From an uncultured candidate division Zixibacteria bacterium (lineage in GTDB: Bacteria > Zixibacteria > MSB-5A5 > GN15 > FEB-12): a DNA stretch of 64,000 nucleotides. Location of the stretch: assembly GCA_963806185.1 (NCBI GenBank), contig CAWDXE010000001.1:32001-96000 (forward strand), read 5' to 3'. This document shows positions 1-10,032 of this stretch, one piece after another (positions within the stretch are counted from its first letter, which is position 1; the number at the start of each line of letters is the position of its first letter). The notes beneath the pieces are model-generated. The model worked only from the letters and a program-made list of their open reading frames with translations. It was not told where the DNA came from and ran no database searches. The translations under genes were made by a program, and so were the position numbers.

Positions 1-366
1 TGTCTGCAGGTCGGTGCCATCGCTGTACGACGCGTCGCTGCTGACAAAGTCGATTCGCATGGTACCCAGGCTGTCGGCCGTGTACATCGTGTCCGGCAGA
101 TTGAATTGAAGGGCGAGCTCGAGGTTGGCGGTTCCCGTCACGGTCCATTCACCGGCGAACCCGATGGTCGCTTTGTCGACCGACTTGTTCACGCCCGGCG
201 TGACGGTACCAAACTGCAAGTTGTTGGTTCCGACGATCGACAGGCTCGAGACGACAGTGGCGGTGGCGAGAATGATTGCCCGCTCCTGTGCCCTAGGGGT
301 CACAGGCAGAAGACAGATGATCGCCAGCACTGCCGCCAACAGGTATCGAAGTTTCTGATACACCAT
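1..366 (-). CDS. Secreted DUF4402-like / fimbrial-subunit-like protein, 3' truncated by window edge
   Basis: Not in ORF track. Manual translation: MVYQKLRYLLAAVLAIICLLPVTPRAQERAIILATATVVSSLSIVGTNNLQFGTVTPGVNKSV...; signal peptide, GGGAG upstream; ATATV..L.I.....L.FG.V pattern; frame open to base 1. Confidence 0.6.
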   Translation of the reverse strand, partial: MVYQKLRYLLAAVLAIICLLPVTPRAQERAIILATATVVSSLSIVGTNNLQFGTVTPGVNKSVDKATIGFAGEWTVTGTANLELALQFNLPDTMYTADSLGTMRIDFVSSDASYSDGTDLQT

Positions 367-572
367 AATGGCTCCCAGTTACTGTTTCAGGTTTCTCCGA
401 AAGACAGAAATGCAAAGGGGATGCCGCCCATAGCGACACGATTAACCATCTGCCCACCAATTGGTTGCGTCGATAAGAGTCGTGTTGTAGACAGTGGATC
501 ACTAAAGAAATAGGGGGCGCCGCCGATAGATTGGATAAGCAACTGTTCAAAAACCGAACAGTCGGAAGGATA

Positions 573-2063
573 ATGACAGTGACAATTGGATGGTCATATT
601 GTCGACGTACCGCGCTAATCGCACTCGTATTGACGGGTTCGGTTTCAGCTCAGAGCGTGCTCTGGTCCTCGCACTACGGCGGGGTATACAACGAGGGTGG
701 TTATGCGGTCGCGCCGAAAGCAGACGGCAGTTATTTCGCCTGCGGATCAACTTACTCCTACGGCTGGGGTGACTTTGACGTCTACCTGCTGAAGTTCAAC
801 AACAACGGTGACACACTCTGGTGGCGCACGTACGGCGGAACCAAGGCGGATGTGGGACACGACGTTGTCGCCTTGGCTGACGGCGGTTGTATTTTAGTCG
901 GAAGCACCTTCTCATACGGAAATGGCAAAGACGACATCTATGTGTTGCGTGTAGATTCCGCCGGACAGGCGATGTGGAGCAGAAGTTTCGGCGGCGCCGA
1001 GAGCGAAGAAGGATGGACAATTCGACCATGTGAGGACGGCGGATATATTGTCGGCGGATCGACCGCTTCAAGCGGAGCCGGGTACGGCGATATGTACCTG
1101 CTGCGCCTGAGTGACAACGGTGATTCGCTCTGGGCGAAAACTTTCGGCGGGGCGGGCGGCGAATTCGGATATGCCGCTCGACAGACACCCGATTCCGGCT
1201 TTGTCATTGTGGGGGTCACCGGGTCGTTTGGTGAAGGGTATAGCTCACTTTATGCAGCCAGGACCAACAAGAACGGCGACTCGCTCTGGGCGACCACTTT
1301 TGGCGGAAGCAAAGCGGACTATGGCCAATCGGTGGAAATCGCGGCCGACGGCGGCATACTTTTGCTGGGAGGGACAGCGTCGTTTGGACTTGGTTACTAT
1401 GACATGTACCTGGTGCGGCTGGCTCCCGATGGTCAATTTGAATGGGAGCGAACCTACGGCGGCGCCAAGGAAGATCGTGCCTATTCCCTCTGTGCGATGC
1501 GCGACGGCGGCAATCTGATTGCCGGTACGACTGAGTCGTTCGGATCCGGCGGCACCGATGTTTACTATGTGCGAACCGACCCCGACGGGAATCAACTCTG
1601 GTGGCGGACTCTTGGCGGAAGCCAGAACGATTACTGTCGCATGATCAGCAAAGCCGGCTCGGGGCAGATACTCGTGGCAGGATATACCTATTCATACTCG
1701 GCCGGCGGCTCCGATCTCTACCTCGCGGCACTGCAGGGTGACGACGCCACGCCGGTGGAGATTGATGATCCCTGGCATTTACCCGACGGTTTCGCGCTGG
1801 AGCAGAATTATCCGAACCCGTTCAACCTGACCACCACTATTCAGTTCAGCCTGCCGCAACGCGTGTCGGTGACGGTGAAGGTCTTCAACGTTCTGGGTCA
1901 AATGGTTTGGCAGAAAGACCTGGAACAAGTGAGCGCCGGTGTTCACTCAGTCGAGTGGGACGGACGGTTGCCGCTGGGCGGGATTGCCGCCTCGGGCATT
2001 TATTTCTATCAGATTAATGCAGGTGATCGCACGTTGTCGCGAAAGATGGCGGTCGTAAAGTAG
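573..2063 (+). CDS. Secreted beta-propeller repeat protein with C-terminal FlgD-Ig/T9SS-like sorting domain
   Basis: Seven ~52-aa repeats (W.xTFGG...D.G..V....DGG...G.T.SFG.G..D.YL); tail LEQNYPNPFN...SGIYFYQI...SRKMAVVK; ATG 573 follows GGAAGGA. Confidence 0.85.
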   Translation: MTVTIGWSYCRRTALIALVLTGSVSAQSVLWSSHYGGVYNEGGYAVAPKADGSYFACGSTYSYGWGDFDVYLLKFNNNGDTLWWRTYGGTKADVGHDVVALADGGCILVGSTFSYGNGKDDIYVLRVDSAGQAMWSRSFGGAESEEGWTIRPCEDGGYIVGGSTASSGAGYGDMYLLRLSDNGDSLWAKTFGGAGGEFGYAARQTPDSGFVIVGVTGSFGEGYSSLYAARTNKNGDSLWATTFGGSKADYGQSVEIAADGGILLLGGTASFGLGYYDMYLVRLAPDGQFEWERTYGGAKEDRAYSLCAMRDGGNLIAGTTESFGSGGTDVYYVRTDPDGNQLWWRTLGGSQNDYCRMISKAGSGQILVAGYTYSYSAGGSDLYLAALQGDDATPVEIDDPWHLPDGFALEQNYPNPFNLTTTIQFSLPQRVSVTVKVFNVLGQMVWQKDLEQVSAGVHSVEWDGRLPLGGIAASGIYFYQINAGDRTLSRKMAVVK

Positions 2064-2067
2064 CGGC

Positions 2068-3129
2068 TCAACAGATTCTCGGCAGCAATTCGCCGATCGG
2101 CATGTCGACTACCCGCCATCCGCCGAGTCCGGTACGCAATGAGACCAGACCGGCTTGTTCAGATTCGATTGACCCAATGATCGCAGCACGCCTCCCCAGC
2201 GGATGCGCCTGCATCGCCGCAAGCACCGCGGATGATTTCGACTTCTCCACTACTGCAATCAGTTTTCCTTCATTGGCGACATACAGGGGGTCGAAGCCGA
2301 GCATCTCACACGCGCCGCGAACCGCCGGTTGAACCGGGATGGCGGCCTCGTTGAGGACTATACCAACGCGCGCGGCCTGGGCGAATTCGTTGAGGGTTGC
2401 GGCGACTCCTCCCCTGGTCGGGTCGCGCATGGCGTGAACCCCGTCGCCGCCGGCCGCAATAATATCAGCCACCAGGCCATGCAACGCGGCGCAGTCGCTC
2501 TTAACCGTCGTTTCGAACGACATCCCCTCGCGGCAGGAAAGGATGGCGATGCCGTGATCGGCGATGGTGCCGTTGACGATGACCACGTCGCCGGGCCGAA
2601 TCTGCGCGACAGATATCGTATGAGGATGATCAATCCGCCCAATGCCGGCCGTATTGATGAACACCTTGTCCCCTTTGCCGCGATTGACCACCTTGGTGTC
2701 CCCCGTCACAATAGGCACGCCGGCGGCCGCAGCGGCTAAGCGCATCGTCTCAACCACAGTCTGCAACTGTGCGATCGGCAATCCTTCCTCAAGAATAAAG
2801 CCGCAGGAGAGAACGAGTGGGCGGGCGCCGCACATCGCCAGATCGTTGATCGTGCCATTGACGGCCAGATCGCCGATATTGCCACCCGGAAAGAAAATCG
2901 GATCGACAACGTAGGAATCGGTCGTGAAAGCCATCCGCACACCATTCACGTCGAAAACGGCCTGGTCGTTTTGATCGCGAAGAGCTGGATTGTCGAAGGC
3001 GTTGACAAACAATTGCGTGATCAGGTCGTGCATCATCTTGCCGCCGCTGCCATGACTCATCTGAATGGTTTCGTGCGTCGACAGTGGCATCGGACAGTTG
3101 CCGAAGATCAATTCGCGGTCGTCGTCCAT
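2068..3129 (-). CDS. hypE: Hydrogenase maturation carbamoyl dehydratase HypE
   Basis: HGSGG, TTDSYVVDPIFFPGGNIG, DPTRGG, C-terminal PRIC. Confidence 0.98.
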   Translation of the reverse strand: MDDDRELIFGNCPMPLSTHETIQMSHGSGGKMMHDLITQLFVNAFDNPALRDQNDQAVFDVNGVRMAFTTDSYVVDPIFFPGGNIGDLAVNGTINDLAMCGARPLVLSCGFILEEGLPIAQLQTVVETMRLAAAAAGVPIVTGDTKVVNRGKGDKVFINTAGIGRIDHPHTISVAQIRPGDVVIVNGTIADHGIAILSCREGMSFETTVKSDCAALHGLVADIIAAGGDGVHAMRDPTRGGVAATLNEFAQAARVGIVLNEAAIPVQPAVRGACEMLGFDPLYVANEGKLIAVVEKSKSSAVLAAMQAHPLGRRAAIIGSIESEQAGLVSLRTGLGGWRVVDMPIGELLPRIC

Positions 3130-3130
3130 A

Positions 3131-4243
3131 TCACGTGCTTTCCGTTGGCAGTTGGCGGCGATGTCGATGATAGGTATAGTAGGCGGCGCACGCCCCTTCC
3201 GACGATACCATAGTGGCGCCGAGCGGCGTCTGCGGCGTACAACGCACGCCGAAGGCGGCGCATTCGATCGGTTTTTTCAATCCCTGCAGTACCAATCCGG
3301 TAATACACTCCGGCGGTTCCTCCGCGTGGATATCTCCAGTCGCAAACCGGCGTTCGGCGTCAAAAGCTGCATACTCGTCGCGCAGGCTCAGACCGCTCAT
3401 AGGAATGTTACCAATGCCCCGCCACTTGCGATCGCACGACTCATATACTTTGTGTACCGCCGCCTGAGCCGCGGGGTTTCCTTCTCTCGTGACCACGCGA
3501 GGATACTGGTTCTCGACTCCTGCCGTGCCGGATTCAAGCTGCCTGATCACACCAAGGATGCCGGCGAGAATATCGATCGGCTCGAAGCCGGTTACCACCA
3601 TCGGTGTTTTCATCTCACTGGCCAGCGGCTCGTAATCCTTCCACCCCACAATAGAGCATACATGCCCGGCCAGAAGATACCCATTGACGCGGTTCAGCGG
3701 CGATCTGGCCAGCGTGCGCAAGGCCGGCGGCACCAATACGTGTGCGACGAGGACAGAGAAATTGGTCAGCGCCTCGCGCTCGGCCTGAAGCACGGCCATA
3801 GCCGAGTGTGGTGTAGTCGTCTCAAAGCCGACGGCGAAGAAGACGACCTGCCGGGTGGGATTGTCGCGAGCTATCGCTAACGCATCGAGCGGTGACAAAA
3901 CCACGCGAACATCTCCCCCCTTTGACCGCACGCCAAACAGATCACCGTGCGAACCGGGGACCCGCAGCATATCGCCAAACGATGTGAAAGTGACATCCGG
4001 ACGAGCCGCAATGGCCAATCCTTTATCGATCATCTCCAGCGATGTCACGCAGACGGGGCATCCGGGACCGTGCACCAGTTCGACGCCGCGAGGAAGCAGC
4101 TGGTCAATCCCATTTCGCACGATGGAGTGCGTCTGGCCACCGCAAATTTCCATGATTACCCATGGACGAGTAGTCGCCTTATGAATTTCGTCGAGAATTT
4201 TGCGCGCCAACACCGGGTCGCGGAATTCGTCGAGATACTTCAC
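3131..4243 (-). CDS. hypD: Hydrogenase maturation protein HypD
   Basis: [33 protein letters not shown]. Confidence 0.98.
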   Translation of the reverse strand: MKYLDEFRDPVLARKILDEIHKATTRPWVIMEICGGQTHSIVRNGIDQLLPRGVELVHGPGCPVCVTSLEMIDKGLAIAARPDVTFTSFGDMLRVPGSHGDLFGVRSKGGDVRVVLSPLDALAIARDNPTRQVVFFAVGFETTTPHSAMAVLQAEREALTNFSVLVAHVLVPPALRTLARSPLNRVNGYLLAGHVCSIVGWKDYEPLASEMKTPMVVTGFEPIDILAGILGVIRQLESGTAGVENQYPRVVTREGNPAAQAAVHKVYESCDRKWRGIGNIPMSGLSLRDEYAAFDAERRFATGDIHAEEPPECITGLVLQGLKKPIECAAFGVRCTPQTPLGATMVSSEGACAAYYTYHRHRRQLPTEST

Positions 4244-4488
4244 TCTGACTCCTCATTCTCCTCGACCGCCCGATACTCACGCCATACCTCAAGGGTGCGT
4301 TGCGCCTCGACTTCGTCGAGCAGACTAATGGCAAAGCCGGCATGCACAATGACATACTGCCCGATCTTCGCTTCGGGCACATAGACAAGGCAAGCGGTGG
4401 TGACTGTGCCGTCGAAGTCCACCCGGCCCATGGGCGCGCCGTTCTCCTCCAGCAGCTCTATCACTTTTCCAGGTATCGCCAGACACAT
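4240..4488 (-). CDS. hypC: Hydrogenase chaperone HypC
   Basis: True start MCLAIPG at 4488; [10 protein letters not shown] motif. Confidence 0.97.
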   Translation of the reverse strand: MCLAIPGKVIELLEENGAPMGRVDFDGTVTTACLVYVPEAKIGQYVIVHAGFAISLLDEVEAQRTLEVWREYRAVEENEESE

Positions 4489-4498
4489 ACGTAGTTCT

Positions 4499-6793
4499 CT
4501 AACCTTTCCATTGGGCGTCGGCAATGACCGCCTGCCCGAGCGCCAGCCCACCGTCGTTAGGTGGGACCTGACGAGCCAATAACACTTCAAATCGTTCGCG
4601 GTGCAAGCGTCTGCAAATCAACCGAGTCAGTATGGCATTGTGGAGGACACCGCCACCGAGAGCGACAACGGCTACGCCCGAGTGCGTGCGAGCCGCGATT
4701 GCAGCCGACACAAACAGGTCGGCTACCGCAGCGTGAAACCAACGGGCGATGTCGCCGCTTGAGTCGCCATTCATCCTCCGCGTTGCGACTGACCGGATAA
4801 TCGGCCGAATATCAAGAGCACCTCGCGCCGCGTCGACTTGCTCCGTATCGGTATCGCCCGACTCTGTTGCTGCCATTTCAAGTTCAATCGCCGCCTGTGC
4901 GTCGTACGTAATTTCAGTTCGCAACCCCAACATGGCCGACACACCGTCGAACAGCCGCCCGCAACTGGAAGTGCGCGGGCTATTTATATTGTGCGAAATC
5001 ATATCGACCAACATCCGGCGCTGCTCGATGGAGACTCCCGGCAGTAGTCTGGTTGCGACCGCATCATATTCCTCGCCGAAAGCGTGATGAAGATAGCTCA
5101 CGGCCATCCGCCATGGCGAGCGAATCGCCGCCGTCCCGCCCGGCATCGGCACCGGTTCGAGCCAGGCAAATCTATCGAAAGTGGCCGCGTCGCCGATCAG
5201 GACTTCCCCGCCCCAAATCGTCCCGTCACTGCCATACCCGGTCCCGTCCAGAATGATGCCAATAGCGCGGCCGGTTACACCATTGTCCCCCAGCACGCTT
5301 GCCAGGTGGGCATGGTGGTGTTGGATTCCGACCACCGGAAGTTCGGATTGCCCTCTTGCCCACTTAGTCGACAGGTATTCAGGATGCAGATCGCAGGCGA
5401 TCAAATCCGGCTGCACCTGCATAACTGATTGCAGGTGGGAGACCGACTGCACAAAGAACTTCAAGGCTGAGGGGTTGTCCAGATCACCGATATGCTGGCT
5501 GAGCACAACGGCGTCGCCTCGGCCGAGCCCGACGACACTCTTTAATTCACCCCCCACTGCCAGCACGCGATGCTTCAGCGGGATTCTGAGCATGACCGGA
5601 CGCGGCACGAAACCACGCGAGCGGCGAACAATTTGCGGGAATCCGTCGATCATCCGCACGACCGAATCGTCGCAGCGCTGGACGATGTCGCGATCGTGCA
5701 CCAGAATATAATCGGCCAGTGAAGACAGTCGGGCGAAGGCTTCATCGTTGTCGATGACAATTGGCTCTTCGGCGAAGTTGGCGGATGTCATCACGAGTGC
5801 GTCGAAGCTCCCGCGCAAAAGCAGGTGATGCAACGGCGAATAGGCCAGCATGAATCCGAGAAACTTCTGGGCAGGGGCGACCGATGGAGTAATGCTCGTT
5901 CCAGACAGGGCGCGAAGCAGGACAATCGGACGGCGCATGTCTGAAAGCAATTCGACTTCGGCGGGTGAGATATCACAATAGCGCCGCACCGCTTCTATCG
6001 ATTCAGCCATTAAGGCAAACGGCTTCTGCGCGCGTCCTTTGCGACGGCGCAATTCTGCGACCGCGGTATCGTTGAAGGGATCGACCGCGAGGTGAAACCC
6101 GCCGACGCCCTTGATCGCGACAATCCTCCCTGCCTTGAGGTGCGCGACTGTCTCCCGAATCGGATCATCCGATTCAACCGCCGTACCGTCAGACCGATGC
6201 AAGGTCAGGTGCGGACCGCAAGTCGGGCAGGCATTCGGCTGCGCATGAAACCGTCGATCCGCCGGATTATGATACTCCCGCTCGCATTCCGGGCAGAGCG
6301 AAAACCGGCACATCGAGGTGAACGGCCGATCGTACGGGATCCGGTTGACGATCGTATACCGCGGACCACAGTTGGTGCAATTGATAAACGGATAGCGGTG
6401 GCGGCGATTGTCGCGAGCAAACAACTCGGAGAGACAATCGTCACAGGTGGCGATGTCGGGTGGAATGAACGTGTCGGCCGAGTGCGAGTGATCGGAAGGA
6501 ATGATCGTAAACGAAGTACGGCCAGTCGGCGGAAGTTCCGCCGTGGTGAGCGACGTAATCTGCGCCAGCGGCGGTAGTTCTCGTTTCAACCGGGGCAAAA
6601 ACTGTTCAATGGAGCCGGTCTCCCCCTCCACGACAATGGTTACGCCGTCGCCGGCATTATGCACTGAACCGGCGAGTGCCAGTTCGGTGGCCAGACGATA
6701 AACAAAGGGCCGGAAACCCACCCCCTGGACAGTGCCACGCACCACGAATTGACGGCAAATTCGACTGCCGACTGTCGTCCGGTCATCAGACAT
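4499..6793 (-). CDS. hypF: Carbamoyltransferase HypF
   Basis: GTVQGVGFRPFVY acylphosphatase domain, CxxC zinc fingers, HHHAH, PPNDGG. Confidence 0.98.
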   Translation of the reverse strand: MSDDRTTVGSRICRQFVVRGTVQGVGFRPFVYRLATELALAGSVHNAGDGVTIVVEGETGSIEQFLPRLKRELPPLAQITSLTTAELPPTGRTSFTIIPSDHSHSADTFIPPDIATCDDCLSELFARDNRRHRYPFINCTNCGPRYTIVNRIPYDRPFTSMCRFSLCPECEREYHNPADRRFHAQPNACPTCGPHLTLHRSDGTAVESDDPIRETVAHLKAGRIVAIKGVGGFHLAVDPFNDTAVAELRRRKGRAQKPFALMAESIEAVRRYCDISPAEVELLSDMRRPIVLLRALSGTSITPSVAPAQKFLGFMLAYSPLHHLLLRGSFDALVMTSANFAEEPIVIDNDEAFARLSSLADYILVHDRDIVQRCDDSVVRMIDGFPQIVRRSRGFVPRPVMLRIPLKHRVLAVGGELKSVVGLGRGDAVVLSQHIGDLDNPSALKFFVQSVSHLQSVMQVQPDLIACDLHPEYLSTKWARGQSELPVVGIQHHHAHLASVLGDNGVTGRAIGIILDGTGYGSDGTIWGGEVLIGDAATFDRFAWLEPVPMPGGTAAIRSPWRMAVSYLHHAFGEEYDAVATRLLPGVSIEQRRMLVDMISHNINSPRTSSCGRLFDGVSAMLGLRTEITYDAQAAIELEMAATESGDTDTEQVDAARGALDIRPIIRSVATRRMNGDSSGDIARWFHAAVADLFVSAAIAARTHSGVAVVALGGGVLHNAILTRLICRRLHRERFEVLLARQVPPNDGGLALGQAVIADAQWKG

Positions 6794-6799
6794 AGTGCT

Positions 6800-7483
6800 T
6801 TACGTTGCCGTTACCTGCCCTGCTTTTTTTGCGGCAATCCGATGCTCCAGCCAGGCGTACCAGCTATCCAGGCCTTCACCGGTACGGCACGAAGTCTGGA
6901 GGACGTCGATACTGCCATTGATCGACCGGGCGTTCGCGATGACGCGATTGATATCAAAATCGCAGTAGGGAGCCAGATCGGTCTTATTGATCACCATGAG
7001 CGATGACCGGCGAAACATGCCGGGATATTTCAACGGTTTGTCGTCGCCTTCCGTCACACTGATGATCACAACTTTCGCATCTTCACCCAGATCATAGCTT
7101 GACGGGCAGACGAGATTACCGACATTTTCGATAAACAGCACATCGAGATCGGCGAAGCGCATATCCGCCGTAACGGCGGTCACCATGCGAGCGTCGAGAT
7201 GACAGGCACCCCTCGTGATGATCGGGTAGACCACCTTTCCCCCGGCTCTGATCAGCCTCTGAGCATCGTTATCAGTCTGAACGTCGCCGGCAATCAACGC
7301 CAATTTGAATTTATCATTGAGCGCGCGCAAAGTGTGCTCCAGCAGGCTTGTCTTTCCGGATCCCGGAGAGCTGACCAGATTGAGCGAAACGGTTCGTGCG
7401 GCCGCGAGGATTTGCCGTAACTCGCCGGCCAGACGATCATTTTCCGAGAGGACTTTCTCCTGGACGGTAACCTTCTCCGTCAT
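6800..7483 (-). CDS. hypB: Hydrogenase nickel-insertion GTPase HypB
   Basis: SSPGSGKT, GACHLDA, ENVGNLVCP, NKTD; no N-terminal His-rich extension. Confidence 0.97.
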   Translation of the reverse strand: MTEKVTVQEKVLSENDRLAGELRQILAAARTVSLNLVSSPGSGKTSLLEHTLRALNDKFKLALIAGDVQTDNDAQRLIRAGGKVVYPIITRGACHLDARMVTAVTADMRFADLDVLFIENVGNLVCPSSYDLGEDAKVVIISVTEGDDKPLKYPGMFRRSSLMVINKTDLAPYCDFDINRVIANARSINGSIDVLQTSCRTGEGLDSWYAWLEHRIAAKKAGQVTAT

Positions 7484-7878
7484 GTATTCTCCTTGTTGTC
7501 ACAGGCATCCTCAGCGGCATGACCCGACACGGACGAGTCGTCAATTTCCAACCAGGCGATGTCGAGTTCAAGGCCACTGGTGATATTCAGATCGGTCGAC
7601 GAGCAATTCGGGCAGGTGAATCGAAAGTCTGCAACTTCCACGGAGGACCCACAACTCCGACAGATGCCGGCGATCGGGACCCGCTCGATAGCGAGACGGC
7701 TGCCTGCCAGAGGCGAATCGAGAATGGCATTGGCGAAGCCGAATTCGAGCGCCTCGGTGACGACGTCGGTCAGGTTGCCAATCCTCAGGCCAACCGTTAT
7801 GATGCGGCCAAGGTGATCGGCTTGCTGCTTTTTCAGTACCGCATCTATTATATTCTCGGCGATAGCCAGTTCGTGCAC
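7480..7878 (-). CDS. hypA: Hydrogenase nickel metallochaperone HypA
   Basis: MHE start (GTG), CRSC...CPNC. Confidence 0.96.
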   Translation of the reverse strand: MHELAIAENIIDAVLKKQQADHLGRIITVGLRIGNLTDVVTEALEFGFANAILDSPLAGSRLAIERVPIAGICRSCGSSVEVADFRFTCPNCSSTDLNITSGLELDIAWLEIDDSSVSGHAAEDACDNKENT

Positions 7879-8009
7879 GGCGAATTCATTGCCCCTTTCG
7901 GCCTAATATACTCTCAATTTCAAGGGTCGGAGAGCAAAAGGATGACACCATATCCCTGTATGTATTAACAATATAGACCACAACAAGTTGCTTGAATTGG
8001 AGGGCAGCC

Positions 8010-8486
8010 GTGATTAGTGATCCCCGGAATCTGAAATCATTGTACGCCTACAACACGTGGGCCAATCGTGAGCTACTGTCGTTCTTCCGGAAGGAGCCGC
8101 TCTTACCGCAGAGATCACAGAATCTGTTTAGTCATATCCTGAGCGCCGAGCGACTCTGGTTGGACCGGCTGCACGGGCGCCGGCAATCGTTGGCGGTCTG
8201 GCCGATCCTGACCATTGACCAGATGGGATCACTGCTCGAGGAAGTGGCCAGTCAGTGGGTGGAGGTGCTGGACGACGACTGGCGCTTGCGCGAGAATCTT
8301 CCGGTCAGTTATACAAACTCAAAGGGCGAATCCTTTCAGAGTCGCCCTTGGGAAATTCTCACCCATGTGCCGCTACACAGCACGTATCATCGCGGCCAGA
8401 TTGCGACTGACCTGCGCGCGGCAGGGATCACTCCTCCCTACACCGATTACATCCACGCCGTGCGAACACGCGCGTTCGACGAGTAA
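8010..8486 (+). CDS. DinB/YfiT-family metalloprotein
   Basis: YNTWAN, H....E..W, HSTYHRGQIA; GTG 8010 after GGAGGG. Confidence 0.88.
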   Translation: MISDPRNLKSLYAYNTWANRELLSFFRKEPLLPQRSQNLFSHILSAERLWLDRLHGRRQSLAVWPILTIDQMGSLLEEVASQWVEVLDDDWRLRENLPVSYTNSKGESFQSRPWEILTHVPLHSTYHRGQIATDLRAAGITPPYTDYIHAVRTRAFDE

Positions 8487-8490
8487 TTTG

Positions 8491-9201
8491 CTACAGGCAC
8501 TTGTCGCACATATCGTCAAAAGTGATGAACAGGTAGTCGATAAGCACAGTCAAGTCGACAATGTCAATGTTGACGTCACAATTGGTATCGCCCGACGCCG
8601 GCGGGTCCGGCGGTCCAACATTAAGTATAAACAAGTAGTCGATCAAGTAGGTGAGGTCACCGATATCAATTCGATTATCGGCATTGACGTCACCCACAAA
8701 TCGGCAGACTCTCGCCCAGGCGTTGACGATATTGGCGTCAATCGGCTGGTTTTGATTGTTGCGGATTCGAAATGTGTCGATTGCGATATCCGATTGGCCG
8801 AACCAGACGGTCTTGAACGGAATGTGCACGATCTCACCCGGGCCGCTCACGGTATTGGTGTCGCCCAGCACCGCTATGTCGATCGTCAACCGGCCGTTCG
8901 CCGTCGGAGTATACGTGAAGAAGTACGTAATCGAATCGTTGTCCACAAACATGTTGCCGACCCCAAGCGGAACCGGCAGAGTACTCGATGTATCGGCCAG
9001 CAGCACTGCGGGATTGACGTCGACGTTCAACTGTATTGCCTTCACGCCAACCAGTTGCGGGTCGGCGGTCACCGTGATCATAAAGAATGTATCGCGTTGG
9101 AAATACGTCGTATCGGCGCTGACGGTAATAGTCCCCGGTGCGGCCTGAGCGGATATCGCCAGAGCGAGCACAAACACAATTATGAGAAACTTTCGGTGCA
9201 T
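8491..9201 (-). CDS. Secreted cohesin-like + dockerin-like protein (adaptor 1)
   Basis: Signal peptide; beta-sandwich with VKAIQLNVDVNPAVL...IDIAVLG...SGPGEIVHIPF; duplicated Ca-loops GDVNADNRIDIGDL and GDTNCDVNIDIVDL. Confidence 0.8.
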   Translation of the reverse strand: MHRKFLIIVFVLALAISAQAAPGTITVSADTTYFQRDTFFMITVTADPQLVGVKAIQLNVDVNPAVLLADTSSTLPVPLGVGNMFVDNDSITYFFTYTPTANGRLTIDIAVLGDTNTVSGPGEIVHIPFKTVWFGQSDIAIDTFRIRNNQNQPIDANIVNAWARVCRFVGDVNADNRIDIGDLTYLIDYLFILNVGPPDPPASGDTNCDVNIDIVDLTVLIDYLFITFDDMCDKCL

Positions 9202-9210
9202 GGTGTTCTC

Positions 9211-9951
9211 CTATGGGCAGTGGTTACACAACGGGGAAAACGAGATGAACAGGTGATCGATCAAGGCCGTGAGATCGCCGATATCGACGCCGTCGTCGCA
9301 CGTGACGTCGGCAGCCAGGATAATCGGCTGCGGCTCCGGACCCAGCAGGAATAGAAAGTTGATCATGAACGTCAGGTCGCCGATATCGATGTTGCCGGTA
9401 CGGTCAAGATCGCCGAAATATACGTACCCCGGAGGTAACGGGCAGACTAAGATCAGGGCGTTTTTCGAAGAATTGGCGACAAATTGCAAGAGACTGTTTT
9501 GAACGACAAACTGCCGGAATTGCAGTGGTGAGATTCCCGGCTGCGCCGAATGAAACCAGATCGTCGCCACATCGACATAGCCATTAATTTGATACTGACT
9601 GCCGAGAAAGGCGCTGAACAGATCGATATACCAGACGGGCGTGCCGAGACTGTCGACATCAGTAGAGTCCTGATAGTAAAAGAACGGAGGCGTCAGCCCC
9701 GTGACGGCGCGCCATTCGGGACTCATGACAATCGAATCAAGACGGATCACCGTGGTATCGAAAGCGAAGGTGACCCGATAGGCATGTGCCCCCACGACGC
9801 CGGAGTCCAGCGCCAGTTTCATCCCGAAGGATTGCCCGATTCCCGCGATAATTCGTTCTTCAGGTGTGAACAGGACCGCCTGGTTCACGGCCTTAACTGA
9901 CGACCCGAAACCCAGCAGTAGTACAATCGCAATTGTCCAAATTCTCTTCAC
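9211..9951 (-). CDS. Secreted cohesin-like + dockerin-like protein (adaptor 2)
   Basis: Signal peptide; AHAYRVTFAFDTTVIRL...NGYVDVATIWF...GISPLQF; loops GDLDRTGNIDIGDL and ADVTCDDGVDIGDL. Confidence 0.8.
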   Translation of the reverse strand: MKRIWTIAIVLLLGFGSSVKAVNQAVLFTPEERIIAGIGQSFGMKLALDSGVVGAHAYRVTFAFDTTVIRLDSIVMSPEWRAVTGLTPPFFYYQDSTDVDSLGTPVWYIDLFSAFLGSQYQINGYVDVATIWFHSAQPGISPLQFRQFVVQNSLLQFVANSSKNALILVCPLPPGYVYFGDLDRTGNIDIGDLTFMINFLFLLGPEPQPIILAADVTCDDGVDIGDLTALIDHLFISFSPLCNHCP

Positions 9952-9970
9952 TCGCTGCCCTCAATCTTTT

Positions 9971-10012
9971 CCGGAACAGGAGAGGCCGGGCGGCCTCTCC
10001 TTCGAGCTCCGG
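9971..10012. other. Intergenic GC-rich stem-loop without a U-tract
   Basis: AGGAGAGGCC-GGGC-GGCCTCTCCT (9978-10001) inside an outer CCGGA/TCCGG pair. Confidence 0.65.
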
Positions 10013-10032
10013 TATGAAAGGTGGTGGGGAAT

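Noticed and set aside
8215..9354. Long antisense ORFs (also 24757-26022, 28619-29698, 29830-30819, 42126-42992, 46670-47722)
   Set aside because: Shadow frames opposite well-supported genes in GC-rich DNA; no recognisable motifs.
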